Notes: a model not told the origin generated them from the letters alone. Positions 49,159 through 63,126 are shown, numbered from the whole stretch's first letter. The stretch is 63,700 nt of DNA, filler included, from Globobulimina sp. (GCA_003354225.1; 40 parts of 40 records of this genome joined end to end with filler, not necessarily neighbours in it), one strand, 5' to 3'. Program-made: numbers and translations.

Positions 49159-51613
49159 CTTCCTTACTTTTTAACTTTTTTTTCATTTCAAATTATATAA
49201 TAACTATATTATAAACATTACTAGGCTCGTAATTGAATATAAACATTACTAGTCTATGGCAAACCGTTTCTGTATAAAAAGTATAGTACAACTTATCGCC
49301 AGTGGTTATCTATGGGATATATCGATATTAAGAGAGTTAATGAAATATGCATCGNNNNNNNNNNNNNNNNNNNNNNNNNNNNNNNNNNNNNNNNNNNNTT
49401 AATTAATTAANNNNNNNNNNNNNNNNNNNNNNNNNNNNNNNNNNNNNNNNNNNNTTTATATTCATCCCATATTAACTTGGCATAATAACCTAAATTTTCA
49501 AGTGTTTTTTCATCTCTCATCGCACCTGATAATAACTCGATATTTTCATAAAGAGGATGGGTCACATCTTTACAAGATAAAATAATCTTTTTAAATTCTT
49601 TATTTGTACATTCCACACCATCAATAGTTGTATTATCTTTCCATAATTGTCTTATTGCAGATAACACAGTCACTTTTATTCCAGATGTTACTCCACTCAT
49701 TGTTTGTAATGTTGCCTGTCCTATACGGACTTTTGTTTGTTGTCCAGCAATGAAAAAATTGTCCTGTATCTCTCTACTTTTTTTTCTTTGTGCTTCTTTG
49801 GCTTGTTTTGTTTTCTGGAAATTTTGAGCCATATCTATATCTTTTTCTTTTTTTAATTTTCTTTTTTTCCTTAATTCAATGGTTTCTTTTTATGGGTACT
49901 TTACCATTATCACCTTGTTTGACTTTGCCAATAATTAAATTACCATTAAAGTCTAATTTATGTTCGCTTACATCTCGTATAATAACGCAAAAATGTCCAA
50001 TTCGATCTTTCTTTATTGCTTTTTGTACTTTTGTGGCAGCATCATCGATTGTAATATGTTGCAAAGTTGGCGGGCCTGGCATAGGTAACGCTTGATTTGG
50101 TTGTTGTGAGTGTTGTGACATTGTATGTTTTCTGATGTCAAAACAAAGGTGACTACAGAAAGTGTTTTTATGTAACAATGGAATTAGTTTAAGTCGAATG
50201 ATGAGATATCAATATCAATTACATATTAATTAATGATCAATGTTCTTTAGAAATTACATTGGAGCCAATACGGGCAATACAATCAATCAGAAACAAACGC
50301 TAAAAATGATATTGAATCGGAATGGATATCTTTGTTTCAACATAAAAAAGGTGTATTTGAACTGAATTGTATGGAATGATGAGGTATATTCACCTCAATA
50401 ACAACAACAAAATTTTATGCAATGAGAGCTGAACAACACCAAAAAATATATATTTACAATGAATTTATGAAATGTTGAGACATATTCACCTCAACAACAA
50501 CAACAACAAAAAGCTTATTTTATTTGAATTTTATGGAATGAGAGAGTTTATATGGGATTTAAATAAATTGTATTTGAATTGAGTTATATATGGAATGTAA
50601 CAGCATTCCACACCTCAATAACAACAAAAAACGTGTCTTTTGATTGAGTTTTGTGAAATATAATGGAATTTGTGAAATATAATTCGATCACCTCACAACA
50701 CAAAAATTTGGATGGATTTTGGGGATGCATCATCTCAACATTTTAATGGATGTTTTGGACATTTCAATGGAATTCATATCGATACCGAGACATAGTTGCA
50801 GCATATTGATGGTAACTTGCATATACGTTCAGCACCCATAAATACCATTGACTTTTGTAGTTTGTATATGATAGAATGGATGAAGAACGTTTTTTTTTTC
50901 ATGGTGGTGATTGAGTAATTCCCTTAGGTGACCCACTGAAAAACGCAANNNNNNNNNNNNNNNNNNNNNNNNNNNNNNNNNNNNNNNNNNNNTTAATTAA
51001 TTAANNNNNNNNNNNNNNNNNNNNNNNNNNNNNNNNNNNNNNNNNNNNAATATAATTTTTTGTTTCAGAAAAGTTCCTATTGGATCTAACCCATAACTAT
51101 GAAAGGCCACCATACCCACTTGGCTGCTCCTTACAAGATGCAAAGTTGTAACAAACACAGAACAAACCCCAAGACAAACCTATAGCAAACAGTTTCTGGA
51201 TCTGCAAAGCGTTTCTCAGATATAATTGAATAAAATGTATACAACTTATCGACCAGTGGGAGGGGTTATCTTTTGGAATATATCGTTTAGCGATAATTAA
51301 GTTGGCTAATATAAATCATATGTTTCCATAAATACTCGTTCATTTCGTGACCTTTTGTGTATACCATAATTTCAAATAGTGAAAATGAAAAATGATGGAG
51401 GCAATATCACATAAAATATTAAGTTATAATAATAATAATAAGTTATAAATTATATTGTATGTATATGTTGTTGCAGAATCCAGCACTTTTAAATATATAC
51501 TAATTTTACTTAATATCTGAAGTGTCCGTCGGATTTTGATTGTAGTTATCTTCTAAGAAATCTACACTTACAAAAAGTGTCCGTCTTCTAAGAAAACATT
51601 TCGTTGCCTGAGT

Positions 51614-52542
51614 ATGCCTCTGAGATCAAGAAGCGTGATCCATCGTTTTTCTATATTTCGACAATCCTTCTCCTATCAAAAAAGTCACAGAATTACATGT
51701 ATTATATCTCAGCGTTATCAATCGACAAACATATTGCAATCAGATGAATCTATTCTGGACGAACTTGAAACATTTGAATTATCGGAACAACAACTAACAC
51801 AAATATCAGATGCAAATGGAGCCACTATAATCGATGGAATACACTACTTCCAACCATCAGGTATCAACATATAACTTACAAACAAGAAATTTCTTGAAAA
51901 TTAGCATAACATTTGACGTACACAGATTTCTTTTACGCCAAAATGTTTCCAGTGAAAACCACTCAGTTTTTGCTTGACTGGGCGCACGATTTCATGCCAT
52001 ATTGGTTTATCGTATTGACAGTGCCATGGATAACAAAAGCATTGATGATAATGCCATGTATCATATATCAAGGTCGTAGATACGAATCCATTGCTCATTT
52101 AATGCCAAAAGCATTGGAAGAATTTGCATATTTACACAACAAAAAAAAGGAAAATACCAAGCTAAAAAACGCCAAATATTATGGTGAAATGCAGAAAGAT
52201 TATAATGAAAGGAACAAGGAATTGAATGCAAAATATGGGTTCAATCCATACACGCAACAATTTAAGCAATTGATGCCAATGTCATTGCAAATACCGGTCC
52301 ATATGAGCTTATTCGTAGCCACTCGAACAATGTATCCCTCATATCCTGATTGGAAGGAAGGCGGTGTATTATGGTTTACTGATTTGTCGATTGGCGATCC
52401 ATTTTACATTTGGCCAACTGTTGCGGCTGCAACTATGATAATGTCCGGATGGAATATGACACGGAATATGGAGTTGCAAGACAAATATCCAAATGTTCCA
52501 ATGAATATAATATTATATGCTACGACTGCGGTGTCATTATGT
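51614..52542 (+). CDS. OXA1: Mitochondrial Oxa1/Cox18-family membrane insertase, 3'-truncated
   Basis: Arg/Ser-rich presequence; LQIPVHMSLF..TR.M, GGVLWFTDLSIGDPFYIWP. Phase-compatible intron 51861..51925. Confidence 0.85.
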
Positions 52543-53752
52543 NNNNNNNNNNNNNNNNNNNNNNNNNNNNNNNNNNNNNNNNNNNNTTAATTAATTAANN
52601 NNNNNNNNNNNNNNNNNNNNNNNNNNNNNNNNNNNNNNNNNNTTATTCCAAAAACATTAAAATGTATAAAAGCAATGTTAGGATATTTATTTTTGAACAT
52701 TAAAATGTATAAAAGCAACCGGTATTGCTCCCGTCGTAGAAAAGGATATGTTATTAAACAACCTTTGAATATTAACTTAATCCATGATTCAGGAAAATAT
52801 CTCTTTCCATCCGATTATTTTTTTTTTGAGGACATGGCACATTGCATTGATTCAAATAAACTCTTCATTGATTACAATAAAACAGTCATTCATTATTGGT
52901 CTAATTTCAATACTTTTTTTCATCATATTCTGGAGCATAAAATTAAAACAAATGATTTTGAACTCCACTTTAAAGGGTTAACAATGTCTGATATGATATG
53001 GATTGCGCCGGACACAGACATTACATTTAATTTCTCCATAAATAGTTATAAAACATTTGAAGAAATGATGAAAACGGAACCGATTGGGATAATTAAACGA
53101 AATGTAAGCGGTTCAACCAAACCAAATCCATACATAAAGGGAAAAAATAGAGAGTCAACAAATATAAACAGACTACAGGGTTTTGATAAAAATGATGGAA
53201 TAACGTTTGCTAAATGTCACTATGAAAGAGTATCACCGCACCTTTAGTAACATGTCACAATATTGACATAGCAAAGGATTTAAAATATGTATTATTTATG
53301 CCATGTTTAATTGAAATGCATCAATGGTATTCAATAAATATTTTGACATCCACGAAATTTGCAGAATGTTATTTGGATACAACGAGAAGGCGAGTCATCA
53401 TTGGCCAAGTTAATATGGATTCGTTTTCAAACAACATGGATGAAATGGAATTTATTATCTATGACTGCTCATATATTAGAAAACAACAATTATATGATGA
53501 CTCCTCTTCGAATTCAGAGTTTGAGTAGTTAAATAATCAAAAAACTTGCGGTACTCACTTCAGGCAATGTCTGCTTCAAACCATCCAAGACAACTTTTGA
53601 CTGAGGTCGAGATGAATGATCGTGAAGACTCAATCGATCTCACCACCCAGCAACCGTCTCCATTCTACGCTTCATTAAACAAAGAACAAAAAAGTTAACG
53701 TACTAAATCACTTAAACAAGAAATTATATATAAATATTCTACATACACAGCG

Positions 53753-54136
53753 ATGTGCGCCCTGCTGACAATTATATTTTTATTAATCGTAATATTGATC
53801 GTTGTGATTATCACTTTTCAGCATAGAATGGAAACAGCAGCAATAGAAAACCATTGCGACCAAAATCAAGCATCAAATATATGCCATTATGAGCCGACAT
53901 CATTCATTCAAACAGCATCCAACGCAGCAAACACAAACCAGATTGAAGATCGAATCGAAGACATAAAAATAATCAATAAACCAAAAAACTTAATTGTAAT
54001 GATAGGCGACGGAATGGGCACCATTTACAACACAGCATATCGTTTATACAAAAATAAAGATCGAACCATTCTCGATTCCATATTTAAAGGGAGATATTCA
54101 ACCAATCCGAGAAATGCTACAATAACAGATAGTGCA
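53753..54136 (+). CDS. Alkaline phosphatase, N-terminal fragment (signal-anchored)
   Basis: PKNLIVMIGDGMG and active-site TDSA; N-terminal hydrophobic helix. Confidence 0.9.
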
Positions 54137-55916
54137 NNNNNNNNNNNNNNNNNNNNNNNNNNNNNNNNNNNNNNNNNNNNTTAATTAATTAANNNNNNNN
54201 NNNNNNNNNNNNNNNNNNNNNNNNNNNNNNNNNNNNATCGAGGCGTCGAAAAATTTTAACCCTCCCATGAAATTTTTAGCAATCACCAACGTTTGCCACT
54301 TTAGAGTTTGTTCCAAACTTATTCCTAGTAGGGGGTGGGACCCACTTGTCATGGTCCGTCATAATTACTACCAAAAATGGACGGAAATTGTACAAACATC
54401 AAGTACATACAGTACTACACAAAAATCGTAGTATGTACTCTCAGTGAAAAGGTTGATTAGATCCGGAGCTGTACGTACAGTATTTATGTTTTGTTTATAT
54501 AATGTAACTAACTATTTAAAGAAAACTTTTTGGAGCATAATGAGTACTGTAACTACGGTACAGGTTACTGTAGCGTCAAAATTACATGCAATTGGCGCAG
54601 AATTTCACATTTTACATTTGATAAGAATAGTCTGCTGTCGTTTTTATAATTTCAGATCCAAAAAACAATCAAGGTTTGAGATGATCGAAGAAATACATTA
54701 TAATGACAAGATAACCGTCAATTAATCCACAAACCAGTAGAAGATACCGTAATCCATGAGGAAGAACTATTATTATCATGTTGCTACTATGGGAACATTC
54801 ATATTCGGACATCATTCACTGACGAGTGAAGAAAGAAGATTATTGGATGATTATTTCCCTGACCCCCAAATCCGCGACACTCCCCAAAAACTTTCGAATG
54901 GCCAATCGAGGACTTTTGAGGAAGTGCCAATGGACTCAAACATCATTATCCCTAGTGGGGAGGCATATGATATCAAGCTATCATATTATCATAAACACTT
55001 GGATTACGTGCAAAACGAACGACAACATTGGTTGCTAGGCAACCGCATAAATTTGCCTATTACTGACCGAACAATGGCAACCACAGCATGAACTGGATTT
55101 GTGTTTATGATACGATTAGACTTTGATCACGCTCGAATATTCTCTTACGTTGGTCGACCATTCTATCGTCGGTGATTGTTTGGCTATTCTTTTATTGTAT
55201 TATTTGTGTGTAGCCAATCTGCCAGGTGCAGTATAAACATTATGCTTTAAAGGTTCGTCTCTTTTATCGTTTCCGTATATGGTAATCGAAAACCCCTAGC
55301 TTTCTCGATAGCGACCCATCAGTCAGGTGCGGTTCGGATGTACGTTTTCCATACTATCACGCTACCACATGTATTGTTATTGTGTTTAAAGGCTTAAATT
55401 GTCACTACCCTGTTCGGGACACGTGCGCCTTTATTGTTATATTTACATCATAAACACAAGTACACGGATCGAAGACTTTGATGTTACAAATTGGTGGCAT
55501 CGGTCCTGACTTTTGTGTAGCTGTCTTGGGAGCGAAGGGGCAATCCCTTCCAGGATAGGAGGCGGACCAAGGCGTTTTACAAGCAAAAAGGCGACGGTAC
55601 GTATTATAATGTCATATGTATGTACAAAGGCACTATTTGGATTGGGGAAATTTTTATGCACTTGCATTAATACAGTTTGTAAATCGATCAATGACAGAGT
55701 ACAAGAGACCCTTGTCACTCGACAACACGANNNNNNNNNNNNNNNNNNNNNNNNNNNNNNNNNNNNNNNNNNNNTTAATTAATTAANNNNNNNNNNNNNN
55801 NNNNNNNNNNNNNNNNNNNNNNNNNNNNNNATATTTTACGTTTAGATATGGAAGGTTAATTATTGATTATATTTTAAAAAATTATTAATTAAAATACCAC
55901 AGTAATATTTGTGTGC

Positions 55917-56421
55917 ATTAACACCGCTCTCGAAAGAGAGTAATTAACACCGCTCTCATATGAGAGTAACTAATTAGTTAAGTCAGAGGATTAGACATAT
56001 AGATGTTGAAATGAGTTATTTTAATTATGGAATTATAAAAATTGGTTTATTTAAATGTTTTGGAATTATTATTGTATTTGTAATTAGCTGTAAATGAACA
56101 TTGCCGCACCTCTCAAAGGAGAGTATTAACACCGCTCTCAGAAAAGAGAGTAAATTAACACCGCTCTCAAATGAGAGTAACTAATTGATAAAATTAATGA
56201 TATAACAGTTGGATGTTTTGATGGATGTATAAGGCAATAATAATAGTGAGCAGATATAAATGTTTAGAAGTTACAAGGTATTGTTAAACTGTTTAAATAT
56301 AATTAAAATGTTTGAAAAATGGTTTGAAAAAAGGTTTGACCAGAGCGTCCAGTAAATTAGAAATTAACACCGCTCTCAAAAAGAGAGTAAATTAACACCA
56401 CTCTCATATGAGAGTAACTAA
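55917..56421. repeat. Three clusters of ~26-bp mini-hairpin repeats ATTAACACCGCTCTC-N4-6-GAGAGTA
   Basis: Seven units in clusters at 55917..55973, 56107..56185 and 56363..56421. Each cluster ends GAGAGTAACTAA. Confidence 0.85.
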
Positions 56422-56991
56422 ATGATTGAACAAGTTGATAGATATCTAAAAGCTTAAAATTGGTAGATGACGTAAACATTGAAGAAATGGTAAAAACCTT
56501 AGGATAATAAACCATAAAATTTTTTGTAAAGATGATTAAAGAAGTGGCTTGTTTGATGATTATATAGAATGGATGCAGAAGGAAAATGTTCAAATGTAAA
56601 ATAAATTTGAAAATGACAAATAAAGTTGACGAATGGAAATGATTGCGAAATATTACAGTAACCAAAATTTTGAATTGCCGCTATTTTCCTTGAGGATCAA
56701 TCCGGTCTTGAAACGAAAATATTGGCGAAAAAGTTTATTATTCGCCAATAAATTCAGTATCACATTTGAAAAGAACCTAACAAAAATCTTAGCAATATAT
56801 GCAGCCTAAAAGTATAATGAACAGAACCAGAAAATGAAGCCCAAGTGGAAAATAAACTAAATATGTCAACCTAAGAAATGAATAGCAATTTATGTATCCT
56901 ACAAGTATAAAGAACAATACCAGACACAATTGAAGCCTAGGAGGTAACATAAACGCAAGATGTGAAAACCTAAGAAATGAAGAAAGCAGAA

Positions 56992-57324
56992 TTATCGAGA
57001 GTTCATGGAAGCAGTAGCAGCAAGTTCAGCATTATCACGTTTGAAATCGGCAGGATCTTTTGGAAAATGGATGTATAATTGAGCTGGAGCATCACCAATG
57101 GCCATTTTATTCCAGCCAACATGTTTCACTTTAAGACCGGCATCTTTGTAATCATTACATCTTTGATTACGAAGAACTTTTTCTGCCTGTTCAGTGGTGG
57201 GTAAATCTACTTGAACGGAGACATATTTGTATTTTTGACCGAGTGAAATGCAAGGAGCCCATTTGCCAAGACTACGCTTTTTATTGAGAATGTAGGAGCG
57301 GTCTGTGCGACGATTGAAGCAAAA
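56992..57324 (-). CDS. Hypothetical protein, C-terminal 110 aa (absent from the ORF track)
   Basis: Open frame from the contig edge: FCFNRRTDRSYILNKKRSLGKWAPCISLGQKYKYVSVQVDLP...ELAATASMNSR*. GC content is higher than the adjacent DNA. Confidence 0.55.
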   Translation of the reverse strand, partial: FCFNRRTDRSYILNKKRSLGKWAPCISLGQKYKYVSVQVDLPTTEQAEKVLRNQRCNDYKDAGLKVKHVGWNKMAIGDAPAQLYIHFPKDPADFKRDNAELAATASMNSR

Positions 57325-57424
57325 NNNNNNNNNNNNNNNNNNNNNNNNNNNNNNNNNNNNNNNNNNNNTTAATTAATTAANNNNNNNNNNNNNNNNNNNN
57401 NNNNNNNNNNNNNNNNNNNNNNNN

Positions 57425-57652
57425 AAAACTTACAAAGTTAATCCTGTTGGGGGTTGTCTTCCAATGCTAGCACAAATGCCAATATTTTTCGCCTTATACA
57501 GAATGTTATATTCCGCAATTGAATTAAGACATGAACCGTTTATTGGATGGATAACAGATCTGTCAGCGCCTGACAGGCTTTTTGACTTTGGATTTACAAT
57601 TCCACTTTATAATCCGCCAACGGGTATACCTGTACTTACGTTGATAATGGGT
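57425..57652 (+). CDS. yidC: Bacterial membrane protein insertase YidC, internal fragment
   Basis: [48 protein letters not shown] is the canonical bacterial YidC TM signature. Confidence 0.92.
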
Positions 57653-58912
57653 TCAATCAGAAAACCAAAACGTATTAAACTACGCACGAATGATGAAAAT
57701 GAGCAAATGTGGCTGGTGAAAGCTGGAGAAGATTTGAGAATGGATCAAAGGATTGAACAAGTATTTAAATGCATAAATAATATATTATGTAAAAACGTAT
57801 CGTGCATTGAGAGGAATTTAGTAATTCGCACATACGATGTTGTTCCATTAAATCGGTCCACAGGAATTATTGAATGGATACCAAATACCATACCGATTAA
57901 GTCATTGGTTCAAGACTCTATGAAAAGATTAAAAATTAAACAAAGTATTAGCACCATCATTAACTCTGACTATATCCGTCCGTTAATGAAAGCGGTTCGA
58001 ATCACTGCTCACAGTGCGGCACTTTACTGTGCTGCCCTTACAAAATATAAAAATATAAATAAGACACTAGTGCGTAGATTTGAATTGGCTCAAAATAGAT
58101 TGACACCCACTACATTGCAACTGTCCATCATCAATATGTCGCGAAATAAAGAATCGTATATCAAATTAAGAAATAGATTTTGTAAAACATTATCTGTTTA
58201 TACAATATGTGGATATATATTAGGAATTGGTGACCGCCATTTGGATAATTATTTAGTGGATGAGTCCTCGGGACAGGTAATTGGTATTGATTTTGGGGCA
58301 GCATTTGGCTTTGGTTTATCTTTAAGAGTCCCTGAATTAATGCCATGTAGATTAACGCGACAATTTCTAAATATTATGTTCCCGCTAAACACTAAGATCC
58401 ATATTCGGAATTATATGGTCAATGTAATGTCAGCGTTAGTTGAAAAAAGGGATAATTTATTGAATATCATGAATGTATTTGTTAAAGAACCTTCATTGGA
58501 TTGGACGGAAATGGCAAATAGAAATTTTCAAAAATCAAATGCCAGAGTGTTAATGGCTGAATTTGATGCGGTGGATAAATCACAGCAAGCGGACCCATCT
58601 CAAATATCTCAATCTGATAACCAGTCATTATGGTATCCAAAACATAAAATTTATATTGCAAAATTAAAATTAAATTGTTATAAATCAACATATGTTATGA
58701 TTGAAGAAATAAATTCCACGGCGCACCACAGTGCATCATTTAAAGCCAACATGATACGATTGATTAATGGATGGAATGGCAATGAATCCAGAAGAAAGTA
58801 CACAAAAAATAAATGTAATTCGATTGAAGATCAAATAGATTGTTTAATTGATCACGCGGATGATAACAATATTTGGTCTGTAACATGGCAAGGTTGGTGT
58901 TCATGGATTTGA
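57653..58912 (+). CDS. PRKDC: DNA-dependent protein kinase catalytic subunit (PIKK kinase plus FATC), C-terminal fragment
   Basis: SIRKPKRI...[65 protein letters not shown]...TWQGWCSWI*. Confidence 0.92.
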   Translation, partial: SIRKPKRIKLRTNDENEQMWLVKAGEDLRMDQRIEQVFKCINNILCKNVSCIERNLVIRTYDVVPLNRSTGIIEWIPNTIPIKSLVQDSMKRLKIKQSISTIINSDYIRPLMKAVRITAHSAALYCAALTKYKNINKTLVRRFELAQNRLTPTTLQLSIINMSRNKESYIKLRNRFCKTLSVYTICGYILGIGDRHLDNYLVDESSGQVIGIDFGAAFGFGLSLRVPELMPCRLTRQFLNIMFPLNTKIHIRNYMVNVMSALVEKRDNLLNIMNVFVKEPSLDWTEMANRNFQKSNARVLMAEFDAVDKSQQADPSQISQSDNQSLWYPKHKIYIAKLKLNCYKSTYVMIEEINSTAHHSASFKANMIRLINGWNGNESRRKYTKNKCNSIEDQIDCLIDHADDNNIWSVTWQGWCSWI

Positions 58913-59018
58913 CACGTTNNNNNNNNNNNNNNNNNNNNNNNNNNNNNNNNNNNNNNNNNNNNTTAATTAATTAANNNNNNNNNNNNNNNNNNNNNNNNNN
59001 NNNNNNNNNNNNNNNNNN

Positions 59019-59977
59019 CTCAAATGTTTGGATTTATTTCTCTTGATATACCATAAAGGTTTTTGATTTTGAAACGATTTCCAAGTTCCAGTACCTAAAT
59101 GACAACAAATTGTAAAAATATTTATATCATTTCTTTTCCATTCATCTGAGTCTCGACAATTTAACCATTGTTTAACAATTCGGCATTCATTCCATTGACT
59201 CATAGAGGCACCATTATGATGCAATAAATCATAATCCATAATAGTAATATTTTCACGTTGTTCAATTAAATAACAATCATTATCAGATAATTTATATAAA
59301 GACGGTGTTTTAAATATTTTCCCCCAAACCTCTTCATCCATAAATCTTTTATATGTTCTCGTTGCTGTCAAAGGGATCAATGTTCCCCGATATTGCACCC
59401 CATCAATATTTAATTCAATATTCTCTTTTAAGACCTTATTAATGGACGATTTTATATTTTTTCGTCCTGTTGTAATTTGTTTATTTTTATTTTGTTTCAT
59501 TTCAATTAATTCATCCAAATTAGTTTCAATATCATTGACTTTGTCTTGAATTAAATTCATTAGTTTTATATCATTAATATTCGATTTAATTCGCTTTATT
59601 CTTTCAAATATATTCATTATATCATTCGTATTACTTTTACAATCATTTGTTAACGCATTTAATCCCAATGCAACCTGTTCAACGTCACGTTTTAACTCAT
59701 TCATTCGATTATTTGTGTGTTGTTTTGCATCATTCAAAAGTTGATGAAAATGTGCAGTTGATTCACTTGGTTGTGTTTGTTGCGAATTAAATTCAATACA
59801 TTTATTTATTTCATCTACTTTCTGCAGTATTACATCAAAGAATTTATTAATTTTTATAAAATGTTTATTAATGGCATCGGTTACATCATTGAGATTCGAA
59901 TTAAAATCTTTTAATAATAACTCACGAAATTGGTTCGCTCTAAATTCTTGTATTTCGTATTGTTCATCGTCAAGCAT
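59019..59977 (-). CDS. Coiled-coil hypothetical protein, fragment
   Basis: Long open frame with a heptad-rich N-terminal half. Weak Myb/SANT-like W...D......LGTGTW near the end. Confidence 0.5.
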
Positions 59978-61495
59978 TTGTGAATAAGTTCTTTTTCTCC
60001 TAATAATAAATAATAATTAACATGGTTTAGAACATATTTTTCTGGGAACATACTTTCTGGGAAGCATTATTGGGTTATTCTTAAGTTTTTTGTTTTTAAG
60101 TAGTATTATAATATAAAATCCTCTCATTTTTGAGAGTTTTTCCAGGGTCTCTACGCGAAGCATGAAAGCCAACAGAAAAATAAAAATAATGAATATAACA
60201 TTTCCCATAAAAACAGTATGATATATCGAGCCCAAAATAAAAAAACAGTGCATTTGCTGTTACAGTATAATTATATAATAAACGGGAAGGATATCATAAT
60301 GTTTTTATGGATCGATATACATAACAATAACAATAATAAAAACGTTACTGACTGCAATGTGTTTGTGTTTGTATCCATAATTCATAGACACATCTCTTTA
60401 GTAATCGATCCATATTTATTCCTTTCTTTGCGGATACTTCGATGTATGGAATATTTTGTTCTTTGCAATAAATGATAATCATTTCACTTCGACGTATATA
60501 TTTTTGGCTTTTNNNNNNNNNNNNNNNNNNNNNNNNNNNNNNNNNNNNNNNNNNNNTTAATTAATTAANNNNNNNNNNNNNNNNNNNNNNNNNNNNNNNN
60601 NNNNNNNNNNNNTGGCGCGGGTTAGCCGAAGGAAAAAAGCACAGAAAATGGAGGGTTTCCGCGCAGAAAATGTGTCATTAAAATTGGAGATTGATAAATT
60701 GAAAAAACAGAATCAAATATTACACAGAAAAAGAAATAACAATTATCACAGTTTTAAGAGTGAGTATGAATATGAAAATGAATATGCTTCAAATGAACAA
60801 GAATCGTTAACAAAACCAATTTGGATGAATGATATATTAAAATCGGGTGAAAATATGAGGCAAATTTTACAGTTAAATGATAATCAGATATCATCAATAA
60901 ACAAAACAATAAATCCGGAGATTAATCTCATTGAGGACAATATTAAAAATTCAAAATTATATATTCAACGATTAAAATCAAATAAGGATAAAAAGATTTT
61001 GTTACAACAACAAATTTATAATAAATTGCACAAAATGTTAACTTCACACCAAATGTCAAAATTATGCCGTTCATAATTGTTTTAATAGTTTGAAAATAGG
61101 ATCGCATTGTTGAGACAATAGCTTGTACATTTTTTTTTATACACTCTGAAAAGAATATTCTTTTGACCGCATTTACTGGCTTTTGTGTGTTGCTGTTTAA
61201 AATATAAATAGTAACACTACAAGTAAGTTTTTGACAATGTCACGCTGGAAGAAATGTGGAATAATGCTAATCGCACTGATCAACTTGTCGATGTTCTGTT
61301 CATTTTTATTATACCTCAAAACAATGAACCTGCTAGAATTCGACGAGAATAATACTTCATTTATAATAAAAATCCCGAGGTATATCCTGCCACAAACTGC
61401 GCACTAATATTATGTATGTATAATATACACACAACCATTATTCCATTAATCCATATGCACATAAAAAACAATATAACAGCGAGTATTTCCCTGAT

Positions 61496-62106
61496 TTGTC
61501 AACAGCAAACATAGCCAAAATAAACTTCTCAACGCTAAGCAATGTCTCCTGTTTAATATGGCCACGAATTCCGAAAACTGGAGGCGAAAATCTGCTCAAT
61601 TCCTTAAGATATTTGATACCAAAATCAAAACGCATAATTACTGAGGCGGGCAGTGCCTACGACCAAGATAAACATTATGCCTTTGCCCCACAGGAAAAAT
61701 ATGACCAAGACATGCCAACATATGAGGAACTTATTGAATATTATGAGTATGTTATTAATCACCGATGGTCCAAACGCAAGCAATGGAATTCGGAAAAAGC
61801 AAATGCAAATTTATTTGTGCTGCAGTACCATGCACCATTCATATCCATTGATTTAAGCAAAGCATTGGATTTAAGAATAAATGAATGGAGATATATATCG
61901 ATGATAAGGCATCCAATCGATAGAATTGTGAGTTCTTTTTATTATCTTCGAGGAGAATCTGGAGGGTGGAGAGCATTGAATGATAGCGCATATTTTCGAT
62001 TTTATGTGCCTCAAATATTAAAACTGCAAAATAATTATAACATTGATGAATGTGTCGTGGATTACATGGAAGGCGATAATATTTGCCAATTTTCAACAAA
62101 TTATTA
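61496..62106 (+). CDS. Sulfotransferase (Sulfotransfer_2; HS/uronyl 2-O-sulfotransferase-like), fragment
   Basis: PRIPKTGG and YISMIRHPIDRIVSSFYY PAPS-binding motifs. Confidence 0.88.
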
Positions 62107-62656
62107 NNNNNNNNNNNNNNNNNNNNNNNNNNNNNNNNNNNNNNNNNNNNTTAATTAATTAANNNNNNNNNNNNNNNNNNNNNNNNNNNNNNNNNNNNNN
62201 NNNNNNTGGCACATTGTAATAATGATATTGAAAATAACACTAAAATGATTGCCATGATGACAGAACTAAATGCAACTGAAAATCTTGATGAAGACAGTGT
62301 TAGAAAAAAGTCATGATTGTTTTATAAACGCAATTATGGTCTCATATGATGTAATCTCACAATATATGAATATGATAGGGTTTTTAATTTGTTGTTATTG
62401 GTGATCGGACTTCAACTTTTGGAGTTGATCGCTCACCACAATAAATTAGCTCAAGTTGTGTCTGCAATGTCGTGAATATAATGTCACTGTCTTATTTTAA
62501 AGGGAACTATTAGAGTTTTTGCTTTTAGTTCATTTAATGAATCAACATTTAAATTTTCTATTTTCACTAACATTTGACTGCTTCACTCTCTAAGTAACAA
62601 TGTGCGATCAATGGCACCTAATATTATATACTTTAGAATAGGACGTGTTAGAAAGT

Positions 62657-62733
62657 ATCGCTTAGCTCAAGAAGAGCACTGGAATGGATGGATATGTCCA
62701 GAAGATTCAGGTTCAAATCCTGAAGCGATCCCA
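62657..62733 (+). ncRNA. tRNA-like cloverleaf element, copy 1
   Basis: Stems ATCGCT/AGCGAT, GCTC/GAGC, CTGGA/TCCAG, TCAGG/CCTGA; T-loop TTCAAAT; ends C-CCA. D-loop (5 nt) and anticodon loop (13 nt) are non-canonical. Confidence 0.6.
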
Positions 62734-63126
62734 AACCAAACAATATCATCACAAATCATGAAGGACTGCACTTCGCCATCATCACAATCCTCGAACCTTT
62801 CATTTTCTATTTTTCCATCCAATTCATCCAAATCTATTTTTTTCTTTATTTTTTCCTTCCAATCGTGGCTCCCATCAATTAAATCAATATAATCCATTCA
62901 ATTCCATTTAATTTAATTTAATTCAAATCAATTAAATCTAATATCCAATTAATTTAATTGAATATTAAATTTATATAAATCTTATGCTAAATGATGACCA
63001 TATACAAGGCCATCATCATATTCATATTCTTTCTTTGCTGGTATTTGATGGCTGGTTATTACCACCAAATACATTTTAATTATTTAATCCATACAATATC
63101 GCCTCTTTCTTTGTTTTTGTTTGGTT

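Noticed and set aside
50388-50706. Four CACCTCA(A/C)..ACAACAA motifs about 100 bp apart
   Set aside because: This looks like a decayed tandem repeat with variable units. There is no dyad symmetry or constant repeat length to suggest a functional array.
54237-55730. Contig with several short ORFs, possibly of viral or mobile origin
   Set aside because: No recognisable motif or structure to support a call.
55917-56421. CRISPR array
   Set aside because: Units abut directly or are separated by irregular 130-180-bp gaps. There are no uniform unique spacers and no cas genes.
51614-57652. Link between Oxa1 (51614) and YidC (57425)
   Set aside because: They are on different contigs. One is a spliced nuclear gene and the other is bacterial, so co-occurrence is coincidental.
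57464-58912. Novel membrane-anchored PIKK (YidC-kinase fusion protein)
   Set aside because: Both halves are cut mid-domain, come from different domains of life and meet at a microhomology-like point. A chimera is much more likely.
1497-62206. Regularly spaced TTAATTAATTAA motif, and any gene-cluster reading across contigs
   Set aside because: It is an artificial spacer within N runs. Neighbouring contigs are ordered by length, not by genomic position.
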